From contig CAVTET010000001.1 in assembly GCA_963733675.1 (NCBI GenBank), positions 288,001 through 352,000 on the forward strand: a stretch of DNA of 64,000 nucleotides, read 5' to 3'. Under the pieces are notes generated by a model. It was not told where the DNA came from. It did no database searches and saw only the letters and a program-made list of their open reading frames with translations. The translations under genes were made by a program, and so were the position numbers. This DNA comes from an uncultured Methanosarcinaceae archaeon. Its GTDB lineage: Archaea > Halobacteriota > Methanosarcinia > Methanosarcinales > Methanosarcinaceae. This document shows positions 1-11,856 of the stretch, piece after piece. Position 1 is the stretch's first letter. Every line of letters begins with the position of its first letter.

Positions 1-133
1 TTTAATGAAGTCAAATACATTAATCAATTGTTTGGTATGGTTTTATAATGTTAGTACATTTTCCTTGAATATTTTGATTTTTATTCATTACTTATAGATT
101 TACACATTTTTTTGAATTTTTTGCAACGGAACC
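1..133 (+). mobile_element. IS6-family element, 3' end (transposase tail and right inverted repeat)
   Basis: Near-identical to the 3' ends of the full copies at 49200-50054 and 57543-58396; ends in TTTTGCAACGGAACC. Confidence 0.9.
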
Positions 134-584
134 TGACATAATAAAGGACTTGCTCTACTTAAGTTAAATGAATCCGATTTGTAGGTTGAATATTTATTAA
201 ATTTTTATTTATTATCTATCTTTCTTGATATAAATATAGCAACTTTTTGGCTTTTTAACATATAACATATTTTAATAAAAACTTGTATCCACTCACAACC
301 AGGTAAAATATCCTATAATTTCGGCTGAAAAATGAGAAAATACAAAATTTTCAGACAAAAAAATTGTGCATCAATGAAAACACTAGAAACATAAGCTTTA
401 TCAGTAAAACTAATGGCTTGACATCCTAATTTGTGCAATGAAAGAAAATGATAAAGAACCAATCATGTTTTACAGGACTTTAGCTACCCTGTCCCAACAA
501 ATCAGATTCAGTTAATCTATTTAAATAAATATCTTTTGCCGTCTAATGCTGTTGAATCTAGTGGGTTATACATTTCAATTTTAT

Positions 585-836
585 TTATCCCACAAAAGCG
601 ATTTTAAGATAACTCAGTATAATGACAATTACTGCACCAATACTACCACCTAATGCACAAATGAGGATTGTCCATATAGATACTGCTACTTTTAAGCCGA
701 AAAACCTTGCTACGTATAAAATTGCTAGACCAATCACTGCATGAATCCCAAGATGAATCAGATTGTCAAATAAATTATACAAAAAGAACGCCACTATTAA
801 AGCGACGACCAATACTAAAATTTCAGTTAATATCAT
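585..836 (-). CDS. Small membrane protein, BofA (pro-sigmaK processing inhibitor)-like
   Basis: 83 aa hydrophobic ORF with the pattern HAVIGLAIL...VSIWTILICALGG.IGAVIVIIL. Confidence 0.65.
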   Translation of the reverse strand: MILTEILVLVVALIVAFFLYNLFDNLIHLGIHAVIGLAILYVARFFGLKVAVSIWTILICALGGSIGAVIVIILSYLKIAFVG

Positions 837-1039
837 GTATTAATAAAATGTTGTTTTATTATTTATTCCCATTTCAACATTTGAGAATTTTTTCCCCCAA
901 AAAAATGAAGACACTGGAAACAGAAATAGGGTACAAAAATAAAAAAATCATGATCTCGCTGTTTAAAATTTGGGGAATGGATCTCGATCTTTGCCTATGT
1001 TTTTGATAATTAGATCATTCCATAGCTTATAGGAATTTC

Positions 1040-1378
1040 GGTTCCGTTGCAAAAAAATATGAGATCGATATATGAAATAAATAGGAATTTAAGAGTATAT
1101 AATATGCCATTAAATACCTTCTTATCCTCTTTTTTATCTCAGGTGGATATTGATGTACCCATCTCATTATAGTACTGTGATCAACTTGAATTCCTCTTTC
1201 TGCCATCATTTCCTTTAAATTTATATAGCTCAATGGATATTTTAAGTACCATCTTACTGTTTGCAGAATGATTTATCCTACAAAGTGTTTCCATTTAAAG
1301 GTATTTAATGGCATATTATATACTCTTAAATTCCTATTTATTTCATATATCGATCTCATATTTTTTTGCAACGGAACC
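1040..1378. mobile_element. Miniature IS6 derivative with two left ends (81-bp perfect inverted arms) around a 5' transposase fragment
   Basis: 1040-1120 is the reverse complement of 1298-1378; the minus strand reads MPLNTFKWKHFVG*IILQTVRWYLKYPLSY... Confidence 0.9.
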
Positions 1379-2322
1379 CATCTCAGGGTTAAGAGAATTC
1401 AAACTTTTTGACCAAAACTATACCGCTGTTCAATCATTTTATCATGAAATCAAAGTACTCATTGCACTCATGAAAGGTCGTAAATTTTCACTGTCCATTG
1501 TGCGTTGGTCGGTCTCCTGCCTAATTTGCTTCTTGCTTACAAACATAAGCACCGCTATTGGTATGCCTGTAACAGCGTTGACCTTTGAAATGAGAGATGC
1601 CTGATGGGAGATTAAGCCAAACAGCAGTATCGTATGGACAATGATGTTGGGCTGCTTATTCTGTGCTGAATAATGTCAGTTCGTAGTTGCCTGTGCTGGT
1701 GTAACTGTGATGGGGCTGATAAGCGCTTATTGCCGGAGCTGCAACTGCTGCTACAAAAAAACAATTAGTATAATACCCAGTATTTTTTTGTTTGGTTACA
1801 TGTTTGTTTTCCCATTTGTTTAGAATCCAAACTTTTGTTCAATTCTATCATCAGTTCGATGAACGCCATTTTTTGGTATATTAAATTGTTACTGCTAAAT
1901 AGTGTATATCCATTTTGATTTCACATTAAAATGAAACATATATATACTCATTTATTTATTAAAATTGCAATTATTAAATAGGTATTATGCTTTTTCATTT
2001 TTTTGACCGATTCAAATCGACTCTATACTCTTTTTTGTCACAAGTTGATGGGATTTATTATTTTGATTATTGTATATATTCTTATAGCAAAAACTATGTA
2101 TTTTTCTAATTTCAGACAAAATTAGAGGATATTCTTACCATATTGTGCAGAAAATACTTAGTTTTCATTAAAATATATGTCATCTTCAAAAACCAAAAAG
2201 TTGCTATATTTATCTTGTGAAGGATAAGAAATAAATAATAATTAAATAACTATAAAACCTACAAATCAAATCTATTTAATTGTTTTAGATAAAAATCTTT
2301 TATTGTTCCAAGCTAATGGATT

Positions 2323-2592
2323 TTACGGGTTAAGTTCAATTGCTTTGTCGTATGCTGTTATGGCTTCATCGGATTTATTTAGGTCAGATAGAAAATTTCC
2401 TTTAGAGATCCAAACATCTGAGTCCGGTGTCACACTTGCGATATTAACTAGGATCAAAACAGATCCAAACAACGTTGAGAAATAATATTTGCTTAGAACT
2501 ATTTGAAATATTTTTAGTATTATGTGAGAAATTAATAGCATTAAACTGTTAACTGTCTGAAATATAAATTTAAAAAACAATGAATATTGCAC
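2323..2592 (-). pseudogene. Truncated TPR-repeat protein
   Basis: WISKGNFLSDLNKSDEAITAYDKAIELNP, a single TPR followed by a stop. Confidence 0.7.
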
Positions 2593-2671
2593 TCTATTTT
2601 ATACTTCAAGTGCTCAAGTCCTATAGTTAAACAAAAAAATAGAACAGATATATTTTTTTTAGATGATTGTC

Positions 2672-3211
2672 ATGTTTGGGAAATACAAGGACCTTGTTGA
2701 AAAGGCTTCCGAAATAGGGATTAAATCTCACTTTCTGGATGCAAAGATCATTCCGATTGAAAACCGTACTGTTCTGAAGTGCGCTTACGGCTGCAAAGAT
2801 TATTGAACAAGGTCAAGCTGCCCACCTTATGTTATGTCAATTGATGAGTTCAGGAAGGTTATAGCGGAATACAACAGTGCACTTTTCCTTGTAGATGAAC
2901 ACGATAATGCAGAAGTTGCCGATATTCATGAAGCATGGTCAGGGCTTTTGAAGTACTCCTTCCATAAAATGTTCGAGCTTGAGCAGGAAGCTTTTAGGGA
3001 AGTCTTTACCTTCGCACATCTTCTGAGGCCTGGCCCCTGTAACGAATGTGAGATATGTAACCTTGATAAATGCGTAAAGCCAGAAATGAAGCGTTTTGCA
3101 CCTGAAGCTGTGGGAATAAATCTCCTGAAAGTAATGGGAAGTTTCGGACTTGCGCTTGAGTTCTGTAAACCAGAGAAAACTGTATGTATCGGGATTTTGC
3201 TTATTGAGTAA
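2672..3211 (+). pseudogene. DUF2284-like Cys-rich metal-binding protein with an in-frame TGA
   Basis: MFGKYKDLV...KCAYGCKDY*TRSSCPPYVM continues in frame into ORF 2834-3211 (GPCNECEIC, PEAVGI); TGA at 2804-2806. Confidence 0.75.
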
Positions 3212-3944
3212 ATGTATGTAAAAATCGGAGAGAACTTAAATAGAAAGTTCACCACCTGATAGATAATTATCTTTACATTTCTACCTGCCTCCTAACCATC
3301 TGAATCCATTTATCTCTCTACTGCAAGATCAGTAAGCTATCCTGCTCTGTTTCCATAGTGTTGATTGAGGTTATGTAAAGGTACAAACAATATACAAACC
3401 TTGACTAAATTAATTTACAATTAATACATTCAAAATTCCGTAGGTGAATGCAAATGTAAAATTTGTTTGACTATTTGCTCACTATCACTCTTTGAAAGTT
3501 AGATTACTTCTTAAGCAACTGCAATATTGAGAAAATAAATTGAATTTTGGTGTACTTCTGCGGAAAGTGGGATCATCAAATAAGTCTAATTTACTTAAAA
3601 CTCAGGGTTATAATGCCATCATTATTTCTAAAGGATATTAAAGATAGTTGAAAGAGTGCGAGAAAGAAAACTGAATCAATTAAAGAAAATTCCGATAAAT
3701 CCCCCGATTTCAATAAATTACTCCATAAACCTTATTAACCAACAGCAAAGATGAGTATTTATCTAACTCTTCTCAAATCAGCTTTCTTTTCCTTTATATA
3801 TAGTCAAATAGCTTACAAGAATATTGAAATTGTCAAATTTACTAGTATAATTTAATAATTGATTTCATAAATAATATTGATTTCTAGGTATATTTATCTA
3901 TATATATATATAAATACAACATAAAAATCGGAGGTTTTTTCAAA

Positions 3945-4652
3945 TTGAATTCTGAAAAGCTAAAAATAGCTGTCCTTGGAGGAACCGGCAACATAGGGGA
4001 GGGAATGGTGCTCAGACTAGCCCTTCAAAACCTAATGCCTGAAGGTGTAAAGAATGAGGTAATTATCGGGTCCAGGTCCAAAGAAACTGCAAATGAAGCC
4101 GCAAAAAAAGCCTTATCAGAACTTGAAAACTGTGGATTTGATATATCCAGAATAACCATTACAGGGAGTACAAACCTTGAAGCTGCACAGGTAGCTGAAA
4201 TAATAGTTCTTACAATCAGTTTTGATTATGTATTGCCCCTACTGGATGAAATCCGGAGGGCTCTTGAAGGCAAAATTGTTATCACTCCTGTGGTCCCAAT
4301 GGTAAAAGAAGGAAATCTTTTTTTGTATAAACCTCCTTCTGAGGGTTCTGCAGCTCTTGCAATCCAGAAAAGGGTTCCTGACTCCACGAAGGTTGTCGCA
4401 GCCTTCCACAATGTTTCTTCAGCGAAATTGAAAGACATTGTCAAATGTGAATCCATATATGACGCACTGGTATGCAGCGATGATGCCGAAGCGAAAAAAC
4501 TGATTATGGAGCTCACAAGGAATATGGGCTGCCTCAAACCCCTTGATGGAGGCCCCCTTAAGCTAGCAAGTACAATAGAGTCGCTGACACCCCTGCTAAT
4601 CAATATCGCAAAACTTAATGGGCTTAAAAATCTCGGGATTAATATTTCTTGA
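3945..4652 (+). CDS. fno: F420H2:NADP+ oxidoreductase (NADPH-dependent F420 reductase)
   Basis: GGTGNIGEG Rossmann motif, IGSR, AFHNVSS, DGGPL..A..IESLTPLLI. Confidence 0.9.
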   Translation: MNSEKLKIAVLGGTGNIGEGMVLRLALQNLMPEGVKNEVIIGSRSKETANEAAKKALSELENCGFDISRITITGSTNLEAAQVAEIIVLTISFDYVLPLLDEIRRALEGKIVITPVVPMVKEGNLFLYKPPSEGSAALAIQKRVPDSTKVVAAFHNVSSAKLKDIVKCESIYDALVCSDDAEAKKLIMELTRNMGCLKPLDGGPLKLASTIESLTPLLINIAKLNGLKNLGINIS

Positions 4653-5510
4653 GTTGAGCGAAAAATATGACAGGATGAGAAAAACGACAGCAAAAAGGGG
4701 GATTTGGAAGTAAAGAATAGATGCGAAATAAGGGTTCCATGGAATTTTCTTCAAATGACTTTATTTGAGTCTTCGATGACAATTCACTGATTAGTTCTTC
4801 GACAGTTTTGAAAACAAAATTAGAGCAAAAGCTGTTGAATAATAATCACAGATGTTATGCTCAAAAAAGAGCACAAAGAGTACATTTTAATTTATTTCAG
4901 TATATCATACAAGAAACTGTATATTTGTTCTAAGTGCAATCATTAACTATTGAACTGAGAGGATTTCGATAAATCCCAAAATTTAGTCATATACTTATAA
5001 ATAGTAAATAAATGACTTCTGGTAATCGATGATTTATCTAAATTACCCATAATTCATTAAACAGTGTGCTCTACACCAATAATTATGGAAATTATGCCTC
5101 ACCCAATATTAAGTCAGATACCTACAAATTATATGTAAAATATAACGTGGATATTCAGATTAACAAAAATCAATTCATTAAATCCATTTTGGTGCAGTTT
5201 GATACCACTGATTACAAACTTATGGGGGAAAACATATTCAATAGCGGATATTTAACTAAAATCAGCCCACTAGAATTTGCTCATTAAAACTTAATAAGGT
5301 GATTGTTGGTGTCTTTTTGTTCAGGCTGAATATTTCAATAGAATAATTATATTAGAAAATCATATGACATTATTATCATCATTATTATTATCATTATTAT
5401 TGATTCTCAGCAAACTAAAAATTGTTAAGAGCTTCATTTCGCATTAAATTTTTCAGAGGTTAGTTCAAAGATTTTGATAAACATAGCTTATTCAGCCAAA
5501 ATCTGGATTA

Positions 5511-5717
5511 TCAGGCATTGTCTTCAAGACATCGTCTAGCAGCAAAACTTTCAAATGAAGCACTTGAAACTGCTTTTGCAACTATAGATTCCACATTCTT
5601 GTCAAGGGCGTCGGGGATAATGTGGTCTTCGCAAAAATCGTTGATTGTTACGACTCCGGCAAGAGCACCGGCTACAGCCATTTCCATCTCATACATTATT
5701 TTTCTTGCAAAGTGCAA
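5511..5717 (-). pseudogene. C-terminal fragment of NAD(P)-dependent malic enzyme
   Basis: EMAVAGALAGVV...DHIIPDALDKNV...VAKAV resembles the malic-enzyme C-terminus; the rest is missing. Confidence 0.55.
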
Positions 5718-6239
5718 AGAGCACCTTTCATCGTCTTTTGGCCCTTCGAAGAATATTAGACAAATACACCTTTATACGGCTCTTTGTGCTACAATCCGTC
5801 TCACTCCCTATTATTATTCTCTTCATTGGTTCTCTCCTTCCTCTATATCTCCAGTTGGACCCTTCAATCTAGCCAGCCATTTTGTTTCATCAAAATTCTC
5901 AAATACGATCTTCAAAACCATCGTTAGCGATGTGGGAAGTAGTACACCTGCAGTTCCGAGTGCATAATTCCATTAGAAATTTGTGGGAACGCTCTAATTT
6001 TTGGTCGTTAAATATATGCTTCTATCAAATTTGGATTGAAATTTTTTTGAGCTAAGAAGTTCTGAGAATTCAAGCTTACAGGAAAAAATATATAAGATTT
6101 CGATAAACCTCTGATTTTAATGAGTCATTTATATACAATTTCTAAGGATCTGACATAATTTAGGAACTTATCTGAATTTAGGAGCTTATCTGAATCCTTT
6201 AAGTTCATAAGAGGAAATTAACTTTGAATAAATATTTTC

Positions 6240-7067
6240 TTAGGTGAGTTTTTTCTGGACTCTTTCATAAAAGCAAGTATCTGAAATCTTCACAAAGCGT
6301 GCTGGGAATTTGGATTTTTTAAGTTTGACTACATCACCGGTTCTGATTCGGTAGGATTTCTGTCCGTCGATTGCAATGATAGCTTCCTTTTTTTGAGCCG
6401 CTAATTTAATTGTTATTTCAGTGTCAGATGGAATTACCCAGGGCCTTGAGGAAAGTTTGAAAGGAGCAACAGGAACAATTACTATCGCATTTACCCTAGG
6501 GTTTACTATAGGACCTCCTGCGCTCATTGCATAGGCAGTTGAGCCCGTGGGGGTTGCAAAAACCACGCCATCTGCACGTATATCATCAAGAAGGCAATCA
6601 CCGATATGAACTTGAAATTGGATAATCTTTGCAGGTTTTGCTGACATTATCGCAATTTCGTTGGTTGCGGTCTCAATCATTTCCTCGTTAAGGAAAACAT
6701 CTACTCGCATCCTTTCGAGATAAGAAAAACCGTACAGAACCTCCTCTATAGTTTCAATTGCATCTTTAGGTTCCACATCTGCGAGAAAACCAAGAGTTCC
6801 CATATTGATCCCGAGTATAGGCAGAGGATTTTTCATCTTGGCAATATTACGAAGGACTGTGCCGTCACCTCCTACACTGATAATCAGTTCGATCCCTTGG
6901 TCTCTCATTTTCTCAACAGGAGTACCTTCTATTCCAAGTATATCAGCTGTGGGAGTGGCGACAAAAATCTGCACCTTTGAGCTGAAATGTGCAAGAATTT
7001 CTTTCACCATTTCAATTACTTCAAACCTATCGCAGCGTGAGTCTATCCCGATTTTTTTAATCGCCAT
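6240..7067 (-). CDS. nadK: NAD kinase
   Basis: GGDGT, GINMGTLGFL, NE, DG...TPTGSTAYAMSAGGP motifs. Confidence 0.95.
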   Translation of the reverse strand: MAIKKIGIDSRCDRFEVIEMVKEILAHFSSKVQIFVATPTADILGIEGTPVEKMRDQGIELIISVGGDGTVLRNIAKMKNPLPILGINMGTLGFLADVEPKDAIETIEEVLYGFSYLERMRVDVFLNEEMIETATNEIAIMSAKPAKIIQFQVHIGDCLLDDIRADGVVFATPTGSTAYAMSAGGPIVNPRVNAIVIVPVAPFKLSSRPWVIPSDTEITIKLAAQKKEAIIAIDGQKSYRIRTGDVVKLKKSKFPARFVKISDTCFYERVQKKLT

Positions 7068-8078
7068 TTTATTCCTCTAATTCTAATAATATCAAATGTA
7101 TTTTATAATATGTCCTTTGCCTGCGATCATTTCCACCCTTAATATATATTATCAGAAAGTCTTAAGATGGTTTCCTCCTCACGTAACAAGCTCACAAATA
7201 CTCGTTATGATTAGCTGCTTTGCTGCCACATCGGTCACGAGCAGAGAATCTTTAACATTAACAAAAGCACCAAATCTGTCTAAGGCTACAAATAACAATT
7301 CAGGCGAAACACTATCTAAAAATTTTCAGTTTATAAAGTTTTTGTATCAGTTTTGAGTCCTCTCTACATCTGTCAGTAGTTTCAACAATGATACACGTTC
7401 ACATCATATCGGATTTCATGGTAGACTCTATTTTTTTTCGTTGATTTAAGCTCTTTTTCTGGTCTCTGCGTACTATTCTTGGAGTGTTTCAAGATTATTC
7501 GCATACTCGAACTTCATATATAATTGATCGTGAGAGTCAATAGCCATTTAAACTTTGCAAACTTAGATGCCTACAGGATATCAAAATGTTCCTTCATGAG
7601 GGCCAATAACAATAGAAAATTAGGGAAAATTTCCTAAAATACGCTTTCCAATGTTTCTCATAATAATTTTCATAGCTCCTCCAAGGCTTTAACCACCTTA
7701 ACAATAGTATCCTGCTGAGAGATCTATTTTGGTAATTGGAGTTCAGTCTGCCACCATTCAAGAATAGCTAACCCCGGAATGAGTGTCTTCAAGGTGGGAA
7801 ATGGGATTTGATGAATCTTTGAAAGCCTCTTCAAATAATTCCAAATAGTTTGAATCTACTAAATTTATATTTTCCCTAATATTTCTAAATAAATTTTCCA
7901 GTATTTGCTCTCAGGATGCAGAATATAGTAGATGAATATTCAGGTTTGGATATGCATGAAGATATTTAATTAAAAATACAGAATTGTCGAATAGGAAACT
8001 CCATATCTAAAAAACTGGATTTCGAACATTCAGAGTGAATACCCCGAAATCCTCAAAAGCTGAAGTGTCATTCGAGAC

Positions 8079-9086
8079 TTACAGTCCAATGGCCTTATTT
8101 GTTTTCTCAATCGACTTTTCACCTTCACTTTCCAGTTCCATCATGGCCCTTATAGCATCCACATTTTCGGGAACTACAATAGACTCCTGATGGATGGCTT
8201 GGAAGAAGTAGAGCTCCTGCTCATTAACTGTTATAGACTCAGGCCAGATGCAGTTCTCCCACATATCATTTCTGGGTCGTTTTATGTCCCTAGCAACTTC
8301 CATGATCTCGGCTGTTGAAGTAATACCCTGGCCTACGAAATGTATCCTGGACTGGTTATTGAAAATTTTCTTGATATCTTCTGCAGTGCAGTCAGTGTTA
8401 ACTTCCATATTCACAGTATGCAGGTGCATGAGAGTTGTCGGAACTATCAATGCTGCAGATGTTATATTGATGTTTGGAAGCACACTCTTTACATCAGGTC
8501 CATGGTGGGACGGAAGTTTCACTGGGTTAAGTACAATTGCATTAACAGGCCCCTTTTTAATATCGTTGGGGTCGACAGCCCTCCTTGCAACAGTTACCCT
8601 CACTTTCTTTACTCCGAGTTCATTGTTTATTGGGGATATTACCCTGCAGAGTCCTGTGGTGTTGCACGAGACAACTCTCACAAGGTCACGACCCAGAGCC
8701 TTATCGTAATTACTGACTGCATTAAAGGAGAAATCTGTAAGCTGATGACTCTCTCCTCCTTGCCAAATTGCCTTTACTCCGGTTTTCTCATATAAGGGCT
8801 TATTTTTTTCCCCAACTCCACCTGGAGTACAGTCCACAACAAGGTCGGCTTTTCCGATCATTTCTTCAATTGTCCCTGCCGAGGGTATTCCTGCCTTTCC
8901 AAAAGCTTCTATATTTTCAGCAGGTGTGTATATGTCATACCCTAACTGGTGTGCTACTGCAGCTTCATAGTTCGGCTTTGTCTTGGAAATTCCGATGATT
9001 TCCATGTCTTCCTGAGCCCTTACGGCATCTGCAACTCTTTTTCCTATGGTTCCGTAACCATTTACTGCAATCTTTGCTTTAACCAT
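8079..9086 (-). CDS. gap: Archaeal type II glyceraldehyde-3-phosphate dehydrogenase
   Basis: NGYGTIGKRVADAV, VSCNTTGL, PSHHGPDV, HQESIVVPENVDAIRA. Confidence 0.97.
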   Translation of the reverse strand: MVKAKIAVNGYGTIGKRVADAVRAQEDMEIIGISKTKPNYEAAVAHQLGYDIYTPAENIEAFGKAGIPSAGTIEEMIGKADLVVDCTPGGVGEKNKPLYEKTGVKAIWQGGESHQLTDFSFNAVSNYDKALGRDLVRVVSCNTTGLCRVISPINNELGVKKVRVTVARRAVDPNDIKKGPVNAIVLNPVKLPSHHGPDVKSVLPNINITSAALIVPTTLMHLHTVNMEVNTDCTAEDIKKIFNNQSRIHFVGQGITSTAEIMEVARDIKRPRNDMWENCIWPESITVNEQELYFFQAIHQESIVVPENVDAIRAMMELESEGEKSIEKTNKAIGL

Positions 9087-10009
9087 TTGTTATCCTGTCC
9101 TGTTTACTCCTTTTCTATTCAATTCAGGATATAGTTTTAATTGTAGCTAAATTATGTCTAAATAGCTGAAAACTTAATTTTATCATAATTTGTAATTTCC
9201 TAGCCGTAAATTGTCTAAGTCTAAATTAGAGGCATAAATTCAAGGTATATTCATGGATTTACAATTCATTATGTATGTTAAATATCTATGCTGTAAACTA
9301 ATCCCCTTAAACTAATCCTCAATGCATTTGATCACAGATGCTTATTTAGCATATTCATATCTCGAGTATTTTGACTTTAGCCTTATTTCGATAAATGAGA
9401 TCACATGAAGTTATAGGTTAGAACAGGATAAATGCTTTTCTCGGGCAGCTTTTATTGATTAAATAAAGTAGAAGAAAGATTAAGAGCTTCTTTAGCTTTC
9501 AGATCATTTTCCTTAAAACATGATTATCATGTATATATCCTTTTTCTTACTCTGGGCAGTATTTTTTTCCGATATATTTATTTCAAATTCGAGCTGATAA
9601 GTGTGAAAAATATTAAGTAGAAATTACTCTGAAAAAGATCTAATCAGCCTTTTTTTAATCGTAATAAGACTAGAATAATAGCTATGCTATGTCTATTGGA
9701 TGATAGTTGGTAATAGAACCTTGAAGAAGAACTTAAGAGTAAGATTTAATCGGTTGTGAATTAAAACATTTTGAATAATAGCTTGAACAATCAGGTTATA
9801 TATCCGGTACGTCTTTATTTTTTTATTTCCCTCTAAACGACGTCTTCATGCATCTTTATTTGCGGTGAAAATGCTTCCATCTTTCCTTTTAATCATATAA
9901 GTCTGAATATTATTCTAAAATAAAATCAAACTCAAAATGATATATTGATGCTATATTATAATCTTTCAAGTCTATGTAAATATTAAGGGAGATTTCGATA
10001 ATTCTCTGA

Positions 10010-10516
10010 TTAGGGTTCAGTAATCTTTTCTTGAGCTTTAGCGATAAATTCTTCCGTGAGTGCTTCTTTTTTCTTTCTTGATCCAGGTTTATATGTTAAT
10101 TTCCTGTACCCGAAATCTTTAATTATTTGTCTCATTCTTGATTTTGAATAAGATATTTTGAATTCTTCTTTAACAAATTGGATTGCGTCTTGTGTTTGCC
10201 AACCACGATAATAACCATCATCTGTTGATATTGGCTCTGAAAGTGCTTTCCTTAACTTCGAAAATTGTTCTTCTGTTAAAAGAGACTTTACTCCTCGACC
10301 ATGTTTACATTTAAGGCTGAGCAAACCTTCTTTTTCAGCACGCTTTACCCAACGATAAATCGTAGAGCGATATACTAAAAAATCTTCTGCAACTTTGGCT
10401 GGACTCAGACCATTTTTAACTAATAATAAAGCTTGAAGTCTCATCTGCTCGTTTTTGTCGCAGGAACTAATTGTTGCCTTAGCAATATCATGCGTGGTAA
10501 ACATATCCAAGCTCAT
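10010..10516 (-). CDS. Tandem HTH protein resembling the IS630 transposase N-terminal domain, with no DDE domain
   Basis: RLQALLL..G.S...VA......STIYRWV......GL..L....GRG, then W......F...F.ISYS...M.......GY. Confidence 0.65.
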   Translation of the reverse strand: MSLDMFTTHDIAKATISSCDKNEQMRLQALLLVKNGLSPAKVAEDFLVYRSTIYRWVKRAEKEGLLSLKCKHGRGVKSLLTEEQFSKLRKALSEPISTDDGYYRGWQTQDAIQFVKEEFKISYSKSRMRQIIKDFGYRKLTYKPGSRKKKEALTEEFIAKAQEKITEP

Positions 10517-11292
10517 AATTCAATTAATGTATTAATATCATATAAATGATGTTGCATTATATTCAGAGTGATGATATATGAAATAAATGTCATTATTCAA
10601 CTATGGAAAAACAATTTCATTAGCTATATTATTTAGGGTTTTATAGGTGCTTTTTTGAACTGATTTTCTTCATTTGGTGATTATTTATTTTGTTTTTAAA
10701 TTTTAGATGGGCTTTCAATTGCACAATTTTCACAGTTTAACAAAATATTAATATATTTATTTTGGGTAGCTGAATAATTGCTAATAAAATAGTGATATGT
10801 GTTAATATGACACTAAAGGATGAAATCGACATTGTGTAGATATACACATATGTATAATTTGTTTGATCATTCGCACGCGATTATTTATCTAAAGTTAGTA
10901 ATGATTCAGTCTGGGGGATTAAGTATCAATAACCATCTTTACCAAAATTCAATGAGCAAATTTCGGTGAGCTGATTTTCTTTAACTGCTAACTATTGACA
11001 ATATTTTTAATTATTTAATCAGTTAATAATTAGAAATATCTATTGAAACAAAATAGATACATTTTCAACTGATTTTTGGTAAGCTACAATAGTTATGAAG
11101 GTTAGATTAATTTTTAAGCTACTGTCATATTGAGAGAATAGATGGCATTCTTGTGTACATCTACGGAAAGTGGAGTGAAACAAATAAATGAAATGCTCTT
11201 GTGAGACCAGCCTCAAGCGAAATATATAAATACAATTATCGCTTTAAGAATGTTCGCGACAGGGTGAAAAAAAAGGTGCATCCGGTAATAAA

Positions 11293-11365
11293 GCCGCTTT
11301 AACTCAGTTGGTAGAGTGTCTGGCTGTTAACCAGAATGTCGTAGGTTCGAGCCCTGCAAGCGGCG
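11293..11365 (+). tRNA. tRNA-Asn(GTT)
   Basis: Cloverleaf with acceptor GCCGCTT/AAGCGGC, anticodon loop CT-GTT-AA, GTTCGA T-loop. Confidence 0.93.
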
Positions 11366-11495
11366 TAAGACTTTTGTACAGTTTAAAGTACATCTTTTCT
11401 AGAAGAATATAAAACCCCTAAAAAATCTTTATAATAAGGGGTTATAGCTTAATAACTAGCTACTAACTGTCACTTAAAATGTATAAATTCAATAA

Positions 11496-11570
11496 GGGCC
11501 TGTAGCTCAGTCAGGTTAGAGCGCTCGGCTCATAACCGAGCGGTCACCGGTTCAAATCCGGTCAGGCCCA
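11496..11570 (+). tRNA. tRNA with CAT anticodon, most likely tRNA-Ile2 (agmatidine-modified)
   Basis: Acceptor GGGCCTG/CAGGCCC, loop CT-CAT-AA; the GGGCC start and absence of an intron fit archaeal Ile2 better than Met. Confidence 0.88.
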
Positions 11571-11583
11571 TAAAACTATTCTT

Positions 11584-11839
11584 AATAGTTCTAAGCAAAT
11601 ATTATTTCTCAACGTTGTTTTGATCTTTTTTGATCCCAGTTAGTGTCATAGGTGCGACACAGGATTCAGATGCTTGGATCGCTAAAGGAAATGCTATAGC
11701 TGATTTAGACAAATATGATAAGGCAATAAAAGCCTATGATAAATTAATTGAACTTAACCCAAATGATTCAGGCGCTTGGAACAAGAAAGTCGCTGCTTTA
11801 AATAAATCCAATCTTATAGTCGTAAATCTAAACAAAGAC
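11584..11839 (+). pseudogene. TPR-protein fragment, paralogous to 2323-2592
   Basis: DSDAWIAKGNAIADLDKYDKAIKAYDKLIELNP; the nucleotide block AATAGTTCTAAGCAAATATTATTTCTCAACGTTGTTT is shared with the 2.4 kb copy. Confidence 0.7.
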
Positions 11840-11856
11840 GGTTCCGTTGCAAAAAA
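11840..11856. mobile_element. Solo IS6 terminal inverted repeat
   Basis: GGTTCCGTTGCAAAAAA with no transposase ORF following. Confidence 0.75.

Noticed and set aside
2804-2806. Recurrent in-frame TGA at Trp/Gly positions (DUF2284, IS5, kinase, wHTH) suggesting TGA recoding or selenocysteine
   Set aside because: Intact genes (fno, PRT, XPD, amt) end in TGA and contain no internal TGA; the sites are not Cys positions and fit single GC-to-AT mutations.
4226-4693. Long antisense ORFs over fno, gap, rio1 and other genes
   Set aside because: These are shadow ORFs of well-supported genes with no independent motifs.
6158-6196. Tandem duplication TTTAGGA(A/G)CTTATCTGAA
   Set aside because: Only two units at a decayed MITE end; likely local slippage.
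7380-7900. Possible decayed transposase or gene remnant between nadK and gap
   Set aside because: Too degraded to assign by eye.
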